Assembly (NCBI GenBank): GCA_965199495.1
Contig: CBDASK010000003.1
Span: 224,001 to 288,000 of the forward strand
From: Abditibacterium sp.
Lineage (GTDB): Bacteria; Armatimonadota; Abditibacteriia; Abditibacteriales; Abditibacteriaceae
Direction: 5' to 3'
DNA: 64,000 bases
The notes beneath the pieces were generated by a model. It worked only from the letters and a program-made list of their open reading frames with translations, made no database searches and had not been told where the DNA came from. Below, one piece after another: positions 58,356 to 64,000 of this stretch (the stretch's first letter is position 1; every line of letters starts with the position of its first letter). The translations under genes were made by a program, and so were the position numbers.

Positions 58356-58823
58356 CTAACGGCGTCCGCCGCGTCCGCCGCCGCCGTAGCCGCCGCCGTC
58401 GCCACCTTCGTCGCGCTCGAAGCCACGATCATAACGGGGGCCGCTATCACGCTTGCCGCCGCCACCGCCGTAGCCGCCGCCACCGCCGCCGTAACCGCCA
58501 CCGCCGCCGCCGTAACCGCCACCGCCGCCACTACCACCGTAGCCACCGCCGCCGCCGCCAGTGCGCGGACGATCTTCTTTGGGACGGGCTTCGTTGACGA
58601 CCAACTGCAAACCATTAATGGAGTAGCCGTTGAACATCGAAACGGCGCCATCGGCCTCTTCGTCGCTGGACATTTCCACGAAGCCGAAGCCCTTGGAACG
58701 ACCGGAATCGCGTTCGGTGATAACCTGCGCGAAAGTAACGCTACCCGCCTGCGCGAAGAGTTCACTCAATTCGCCGTCACGGAAGCTATAGGGCAATTTG
58801 CCCACAAACAATCTCTTTCCCAT
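58356..58823 (-). CDS. RRM RNA-binding protein with Gly/Tyr-rich tail
   Basis: RNP2 LFVGKL, RNP1 KGFGFVEM, VNEARP, (GGGGGY)n. Confidence 0.95.
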   Translation of the reverse strand: MGKRLFVGKLPYSFRDGELSELFAQAGSVTFAQVITERDSGRSKGFGFVEMSSDEEADGAVSMFNGYSINGLQLVVNEARPKEDRPRTGGGGGGYGGSGGGGGYGGGGGGYGGGGGGYGGGGGKRDSGPRYDRGFERDEGGDGGGYGGGGRGGRR

Positions 58824-59033
58824 ACTCGTATTTTTCTCGCTCTGTAATTGTCCGTCCGACTCTTTCAAAAGACTAACTCTCGCGCGGGAATTGGAACTTG
58901 CCTCTTCACACATCGGGCCACTCACTTCGAGCCGAAACGGGTCTCGCTTGCACTGTTCCCCAGCACCGCGAAACCGTCGCCCAGTGTATCACAAACGCGC
59001 GTAGCGCGTTGCAATCTTTAATTTTTTGCTTCC

Positions 59034-59130
59034 CGTAGAGACGCCGATTTATCGCGTCTAAAAACGTAGAAATTGCTTCAACACAACGACAATTCTGACG
59101 TTTTAGACGCGATAAATCGGCGTCTCTACG
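59034..59130. repeat. GTAG-class REP pair abutting the leuA stop codon
   Basis: cgtagagacgccgatttatcgcgtctaaaa ... ttttagacgcgataaatcggcgtctctacg. Confidence 0.88.
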
Positions 59131-60822
59131 TTAGTTTTCTGCCCGATTGAGCGCGCTCAAAACCGCGCGAATCGAAGCGCGTTCAATCGAAGCATCCACG
59201 CCCGCGCCGAACACGCGCTCGCCGCCTTTCTCGATTTCGACATAAGCCGCCGCTTTGGCATCGGCGCCGCCCGACAACGAATGCTCGGAATACGAGACAA
59301 ACTTAAAATTCGGCGCGCCCGCCTCGTGCAATGCCGCGACAAACGCATCTATCGGGCCGTTGCCACTGCCGCAAAGTTCCAACGTTTCGCCGTCGCGCTG
59401 CACGCGCGCCTTGATATTCACGCCGTCATCGTCTTCGTTGGAGCGAAAGCTCTCGAACGCATAGGGCGAAGTTTTCTCCAAATACTCGCGTTTGAACAGC
59501 TCGTAAACCTCTTCTGCCGTGACTTCGGCGCCCGATTCATCGGCGTATTGGTTCATCAACTTGCCGAAATTGATTTTCATCGGTTTGGGCAAATCGAAAC
59601 CGTAGTTCTGTTCGAGCAGCCACGCCGCGCCGCCCTTGCCACTTTGCGAGTTATAGCGAATAATCGCCTTGTAATCGCGGCCAATATCGCGCGGGTCAAT
59701 CGGCAAATACGGCACGGCCCACGCGCCATCTTCGCTTTCTTTCTGCGCTTTCAAACCTTTGTCAATCGCATCTTGATGCGAACCCGAAAACGCCGTGAAC
59801 ACCAACTCGCCCGCATACGGCGAACGCGGCGACACTTCCATGCGCGTGGTGCGCTCGTAAACTTCGCGCACGCGCGGCAAATCCGAAAAATCCAATTTCG
59901 GATCAACGCCCTGCGAATACAAATTCAACGCCACGGTCACAATATCTAAATTGCCCGTCCGTTCTCCGTTGCCAAACAGCGTGCCCTCGACGCGCTGCGC
60001 GCCTGCCAGCAATGCCAGCTCGGTCGAAGCGACGCCGGTTCCCCGGTCGTTGTGCGTGTGCAGCGAAATAATCGCGCTTTCACGATTGGGCAAGTGGCGG
60101 CAAAACCATTCGATTTGATCAGCGTGAACGTTGGGCGTGGAACTTTCGACGGTCGTCGGCAAATTGATAATAATTTTCCGATCCGGCGTCGGCTCCCAGA
60201 CAGCAGCCACGGCGCTGCAAACTTCGAGCGAGAAATCTAACTCGGTCAAAACGAACGATTCGGGCGTGTATTCAAAAATCCAATCGGTTTCGGGATTTTC
60301 CGACGCCAATTGCTTCACCAGACGCGCGCCTTCGACGGCGATGTCGCGGATTTGCTCGCGCGTCATGCCGAACACGATGCGGCGTTGCGCCGGATTGGTC
60401 GAATTATAAATGTGAACGATGGCGCGCGTGGCTCCCTTCAGCGCCTCGAAAGTGCGACGAATGAGCGGTTCGCGGCACTGCACCAAAACCTGAACCGAAA
60501 CGTCATCGGGAACCCGATTTTCTTCGATCAAGCGGCGGCAAAACTCGAACTCGATGTCGGAAGCCGAAGGAAAACCGATCTCGATTTCCTTGAAGCCGAT
60601 TTCGCACAACAGCGCGAACATTTCCAATTTCTCTTCGACGCTCATCGGAATCGCCAGCGCCTGATTGCCGTCGCGCAAATCCACGCTGCACCAAATCGGC
60701 GCGTGAGTAATGTGCTTGTCGGGCCATGTTCTGTCGGGCAAGTCAACGCGCGGGAAAGCGCGATATTTCGCGGCGGGCGGAAGTTTGCCGCCCACCTTTT
60801 TTTGGTCAAATGTGTTGTTCAT
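59131..60822 (-). CDS. leuA: 2-isopropylmalate synthase (yeast/actinobacterial type)
   Basis: WCSVDLRDGNQAL, ISLHTHNDRG, GNGERTGN, AFSGSHQDAI, NSQSGKGG. Confidence 0.97.
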   Translation of the reverse strand: MNNTFDQKKVGGKLPPAAKYRAFPRVDLPDRTWPDKHITHAPIWCSVDLRDGNQALAIPMSVEEKLEMFALLCEIGFKEIEIGFPSASDIEFEFCRRLIEENRVPDDVSVQVLVQCREPLIRRTFEALKGATRAIVHIYNSTNPAQRRIVFGMTREQIRDIAVEGARLVKQLASENPETDWIFEYTPESFVLTELDFSLEVCSAVAAVWEPTPDRKIIINLPTTVESSTPNVHADQIEWFCRHLPNRESAIISLHTHNDRGTGVASTELALLAGAQRVEGTLFGNGERTGNLDIVTVALNLYSQGVDPKLDFSDLPRVREVYERTTRMEVSPRSPYAGELVFTAFSGSHQDAIDKGLKAQKESEDGAWAVPYLPIDPRDIGRDYKAIIRYNSQSGKGGAAWLLEQNYGFDLPKPMKINFGKLMNQYADESGAEVTAEEVYELFKREYLEKTSPYAFESFRSNEDDDGVNIKARVQRDGETLELCGSGNGPIDAFVAALHEAGAPNFKFVSYSEHSLSGGADAKAAAYVEIEKGGERVFGAGVDASIERASIRAVLSALNRAEN

Positions 60823-60853
60823 AGTTGTAGCAAACCTCCTTTTTCAGCGTTGC

Positions 60854-60982
60854 TTAGGAAGGGAGCAAATGGCGAATTTCTTCGCTCACCCGAAAGTATG
60901 GCAAAAAACCGCGACAAGACTGCCGCATTCGCGCGCCCAGAAATGGAAATAACGCCGGAAAATCGTCGGCTTCGTTGGAAAT
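60854..60982 (-). pseudogene. Orphan C-terminal remnant homologous to the upstream gene's C-terminus
   Basis: ISNEADDFPALFPFLGARMRQSCRGFLPYFRVSEEIRHLLPS* aligns ungapped (18/42 identical) to the end of 60984..61490. Confidence 0.75.
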
Positions 60983-60983
60983 T

Positions 60984-61490
60984 TCAGCCTGACGAATTCA
61001 ATAATCGTTTGTTTTCAGCGCTTACGCGAAGCGAAGAAAAACACTCGCGGCAAGATTCCCGTAAATTCTCACCCATAAAGGGCAACAACTTTGGCAGACA
61101 ATCAGGACGGTTGCCCAACAATTGCTCGCAAATGCTGATGCCGACCAAATCTCTGACTTTCTGCTCATCGTCGCCCTGTAACTCTTCGATCCAATCCATA
61201 ATCTCCTGCAAGCGCACATGATTTTCCCCATCTTCAAGCAACTCAATCAGAAGAGCAAAAAGATTAATCTCGAAAACTAAATACGGCAATGACGGATTAA
61301 TTTCATCGTGACAAAGTTCGGGATTGCTGAATTGCAGTTCGCGCAAATACGCGATGTCTGTGGGCGAAAGCGGTTCTTTGCTTCCGCGCTGACACTGCGC
61401 CAGAAACGTTTCAATTTCGGGCTGACATTCGTCGGCGATTTCGGGCACGCGTTGGGCGAGTTCGGCGACTATGTTGTCGTAGTGGCTCAT
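60984..61490 (-). CDS. Hypothetical helical protein
   Basis: ATG overlaps the toxin stop (ATGA); IMDWIEEL..VRDLVGISICEQL. Confidence 0.75.
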   Translation of the reverse strand: MSHYDNIVAELAQRVPEIADECQPEIETFLAQCQRGSKEPLSPTDIAYLRELQFSNPELCHDEINPSLPYLVFEINLFALLIELLEDGENHVRLQEIMDWIEELQGDDEQKVRDLVGISICEQLLGNRPDCLPKLLPFMGENLRESCRECFSSLRVSAENKRLLNSSG

Positions 61491-61912
61491 GTTTCGCCGT
61501 CGCTTTCTTCGGGAAAAATCACGCCAACAATCAGAGCCAACGTGCGCGCGCTGACTTCGACTTCGGCATCGTGAGCGCGTCCATCGCGGCGCACAAAACG
61601 CGACAAATCCAGCGCGCGCGTCTGGCTCAAATCGGCGCAACTCAGTTTGCTTAGGCCGCTCGTCGAGCCATCACCAACTGGCACGCGCCAAACGCGGAGT
61701 CCGTCGCGTTGAGGTTGGTAATCGGTCATCGGCGCGCAAAGCCGAACTGTGCGTTCACCGATACCGGGGAGAGAGAGAACAAGCATTGGGCGCGTGTCGC
61801 CGCGTCCGCCTTTGTCACTGCTCATTTCGCTTCCCTGCGTTGGCTCCAAATCAACGCGCCAAATCTCGCCTCGGCGCGGATTGATGGCAGGCGGTTGTTT
61901 GGGAAGTTTCAA
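61487..61912 (-). CDS. PemK/MazF family toxin
   Basis: PRRGEIWRVDLEPTQGSE..RPMLVLS..APMT..SGL..S.ADLSQTRALD..RF. Confidence 0.88.
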   Translation of the reverse strand: MKLPKQPPAINPRRGEIWRVDLEPTQGSEMSSDKGGRGDTRPMLVLSLPGIGERTVRLCAPMTDYQPQRDGLRVWRVPVGDGSTSGLSKLSCADLSQTRALDLSRFVRRDGRAHDAEVEVSARTLALIVGVIFPEESDGET

Positions 61913-62367
61913 ATCTTCTCCCCTTCGATATTATCGGCACGGTAAAGTCCGTCCAAATAATCGGGCGCTTCGTCGGGAAATATGGGTGCGCTTCCTATCG
62001 CGTGCCAATCGGCGAAATCATCGTCTGGGCCGTCCCAATCTTCGACCGCTTTTTGTGCGGCGGCCATGACGATTTCGATGGTGCGAGCCTCGCTTTTCGT
62101 GAGCCGAATAATCGCCGCATTACGCCGCTTCATATCGCCGCTATCAAGTTCCGCCAATATCGCCGCCGCACGCGTTTCGGGGGTATCTTGCGCAACAACT
62201 GGCGGCGTGGCTTCTTGCAATGCGCTTTCAGGCACGCGCCACACGCGGCCCCGCTTCACCGCACGCAACTGCCCGCGCTTAATCTGGCGCCGCACGGTAT
62301 CGCGGTGCAACTGCAATCGTTCGGCGGTCTGCTCGACGGTGAGAAGTGATTCCATAATGGATTGCAT
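61909..62367 (-). CDS. Excisionase-type HTH protein, probable antitoxin
   Basis: LLTVEQTAERLQLHRDTVRRQIKRGQLRAVKRGRVWRVP with acidic C-terminus; coupled to the toxin (TTGA overlap). Confidence 0.8.
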   Translation of the reverse strand: MQSIMESLLTVEQTAERLQLHRDTVRRQIKRGQLRAVKRGRVWRVPESALQEATPPVVAQDTPETRAAAILAELDSGDMKRRNAAIIRLTKSEARTIEIVMAAAQKAVEDWDGPDDDFADWHAIGSAPIFPDEAPDYLDGLYRADNIEGEKI

Positions 62368-62409
62368 TTTACTATAAAGTCGTCTTATGCAAGCTAAAGT
62401 CGGCTCGAA

Positions 62410-62808
62410 CTATAATTCGTGCCAGATTACGCTTTCAATTCCGCGCTCGCGATTCATCTTCTGTTGGCGCGTGGCTGCATCCGGCGAACTGTGAAAGGCT
62501 CGCGTTAAATCCGCGCAAATTGGAGATAAGGTGAATTCTTCAACTCTCGGCTCCGCTTGCAGCCACGCCGCGAGGCGCTCGCGTTTTTCTCGTGAAACTT
62601 CTAAATCGGCGTTACAATCAACGACGAAACTCCACTTTCCATCTTTGCCGCCACCGGCGCACATCATATCGTTGGCTTCGACTTCATCAATCCAACTATC
62701 AAGAAACGCATCCTGATCGACATGAGTGGCATCAGTTTGAATTTCGACTTTTACCAAAATTTCCTGAAACTCGCCCAGAAACAACTTCTTGCGCAAACGC
62801 TTTTTGAT
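62410..62808 (-). CDS. yggL: YggL (DUF469) family protein, apparent ATC start
   Basis: KKRLRKKLFLGEFQE..FLD..VEANDMMCAGGG..RERLAAWL; GGAG 8 nt before ATC. Confidence 0.75.
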   Translation of the reverse strand: MKKRLRKKLFLGEFQEILVKVEIQTDATHVDQDAFLDSWIDEVEANDMMCAGGGKDGKWSFVVDCNADLEVSREKRERLAAWLQAEPRVEEFTLSPICADLTRAFHSSPDAATRQQKMNRERGIESVIWHEL

Positions 62809-62826
62809 TGCTATTTCTCCAAACAG

Positions 62827-62860
62827 AAAAGGCACGGAGAACCCAATCTCCGTGCCTTTT
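62827..62860. terminator. Terminator, duplicate of the ilvC terminator
   Basis: aaaaggcacggaga-acccaa-tctccgtgcctttt. Confidence 0.8.
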
Positions 62861-62876
62861 GCGCGCAAACCAAATC

Positions 62877-62984
62877 TTACGCTTTGTCTTTCATCCACGA
62901 CATATCGCCGCGCAGTTTCTCGCCGACTTTCTCGATCTGGTGTTCCTTGTCCGCTTCCAATTTCTCGTCGAAATTATGGCGACG
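62877..62984 (-). pseudogene. Duplicated, diverged 3' end of ilvC
   Basis: [35 protein letters not shown] versus ilv[36 protein letters not shown]; 57 bp identical. Confidence 0.92.
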
Positions 62985-62991
62985 GAAAAGC

Positions 62992-63186
62992 TCACTTCGC
63001 TTTGATGCTGGGAATGCCCAAATCCTTGCAAATTTTGATCGTCAAATCATCCACGACTTCGCTATGACGCGGCACCGAGGTCGTTTCGCCATTATCGTCG
63101 CAAATCCAAATCGAGTGTTTTGAGCCTTCACGAAACAAGCGGCAATTGTGTTCCTTCAGATATTTGAGAAGTTGGCGCCGTTTCAT
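62992..63186 (-). CDS. hicA: HicA family toxin
   Basis: MKRRQLLKYLKEHNCRLFREGSKHSIW..TSVPRHSEV..KICKDLGI. Confidence 0.9.
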   Translation of the reverse strand: MKRRQLLKYLKEHNCRLFREGSKHSIWICDDNGETTSVPRHSEVVDDLTIKICKDLGIPSIKAK

Positions 63187-63194
63187 AAAGTGTT

Positions 63195-63413
63195 TTAAGC
63201 AGCCAGAGCAAATTCTTCCACAATTTCGCGGCCCTGCAACTTCTGGCGCGCCAGTTCGCGGCGCGCGGCGAATAATTCCTGCACCGCGTCCATTAAGTTT
63301 TCGCGCGCTTCTTCGAGCGTGCGGCCCTGCGTATTTGCGCCCGGAATCTCTTCGATCCAGGCCATCCACCAATCGCCCTTTTGTTCGTAAACCGCCGTGA
63401 ATTTTGATTGCAT
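63195..63413 (-). CDS. hicB: HicB family antitoxin (short form)
   Basis: WWMAWIEEIPGANTQGRTLEEARENLMDAV. Confidence 0.9.
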   Translation of the reverse strand: MQSKFTAVYEQKGDWWMAWIEEIPGANTQGRTLEEARENLMDAVQELFAARRELARQKLQGREIVEEFALAA

Positions 63414-63437
63414 TCGCCCCAGTTTACTTCATAAAAC

Positions 63438-63470
63438 AAAAAGGCACGGAGAACCCAATCTCCGTGCCTT
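63438..63470 (-). terminator. ilvC terminator
   Basis: aaaaaggcacggaga-acccaa-tctccgtgcctt. Confidence 0.8.
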
Positions 63471-63475
63471 CGTTT

Positions 63476-64000
63476 CTACTGTTTGTCTTTCATCCACGAC
63501 ATATCGCCGCGCAGTTTCTCGCCGACTTTCTCGATCTGATGCTCTTTATCGGCGTTCAATTTCGCATCGAAATTGTGGCGACCGCTTTTGTTTTCCGCCA
63601 TCCATTCGTGGGCGAACTGGCCGCTCTGAATTTCGCTTAACACTTTCTTCATTTCTTCTTTGGTGGCGGGCGTGATGATGCGGCGACCGATGTTCACGTC
63701 GCCCCATTTCGCTGTGTCCGAGATCGCGGCGCGCATTCCGGTGATGCCTTTTTCATACATCAAGTCCACGATGAGTTTCATCTCGTGCAAGCACTCGAAG
63801 TAGGCCATTTCGGGCGCGTAACCGGCCTCGACCAGAGTCTCGAAACCGGCGCGAATCAGTTCGGAACAACCGCCGCACAAAACAGCCTGTTCGCCGAACA
63901 AGTCGGATTCGGTCTCTTCTTTGAACGTGGTTTCGTAGACCGCCGCGCGCGTGGCTCCCAGTCCCTTGGCGTAGGCCAAACCGATTTGGCGCGCGTTGCC
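63476..64000 (-). CDS. ilvC: Ketol-acid reductoisomerase (C-terminal part; start outside the window)
   Basis: [56 protein letters not shown]. Confidence 0.97.
   Translation of the reverse strand, partial: GNARQIGLAYAKGLGATRAAVYETTFKEETESDLFGEQAVLCGGCSELIRAGFETLVEAGYAPEMAYFECLHEMKLIVDLMYEKGITGMRAAISDTAKWGDVNIGRRIITPATKEEMKKVLSEIQSGQFAHEWMAENKSGRHNFDAKLNADKEHQIEKVGEKLRGDMSWMKDKQ

Noticed and set aside
58370..58560. (gccgcc)n tracts as tandem-repeat loci
   Set aside because: Explained by the Gly-rich tail of the RRM protein; the same holds for the tracts in 13315..14706.
60823..60983. Leucine attenuator leader upstream of leuA
   Set aside because: No Leu-rich leader peptide or terminator; the region is a gene remnant.
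62877..63582. ilvC duplicate as a DGR template/variable repeat
   Set aside because: Differences are mostly third-position and not adenine-specific; no reverse transcriptase in the window.

Overview
GC-rich bacterial chromosome segment (roughly 57-60% GC by eye) with most genes on the - strand. The gene content, including a DUF1559/H-X9-DG protein and large secreted carboxypeptidase-regulatory-domain proteins, is compatible with Armatimonadota/Abditibacteriota; this is inference only. Housekeeping genes: rplC (partial), rpsJ, tuf, fabI, purA, tRNA-Lys(TTT), leuA, ilvC (partial). Other blocks: a two-kinase/receiver/GGDEF-EAL signalling operon; a TPP enzyme-CAX-ASRT-enolase-FAD oxidase cluster; a K+/H+ antiporter pair; galU with a plant-like glucuronokinase; and three type II toxin-antitoxin modules. 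Five observations stand out. (1) An operon at ~39.2-49.9 kb joins two atypical YcaO proteins (QRD instead of ERD, no precursor, E1 or TfuA seen) with an EboD-like sugar-phosphate cyclase, oxidoreductase, HD-like protein, MBL hydrolase, GT4 glycosyltransferase and PIG-L deacetylase, a candidate undescribed cyclitol-glycoside pathway. (2) The non-palindromic 8-mer CAGCCACG/CGTGGCTG occurs at least 45 times on both strands, like a DNA-uptake sequence. (3) A palindromic repeat element is inserted in frame (150 bp) inside a coding sequence. (4) Two genes are followed by diverged orphan copies of their own 3' ends, one of them flanking a hicBA module. (5) At least six unrelated REP/MITE-like hairpin families are present. 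No CRISPR array, rRNA, integrase or transposase was seen.
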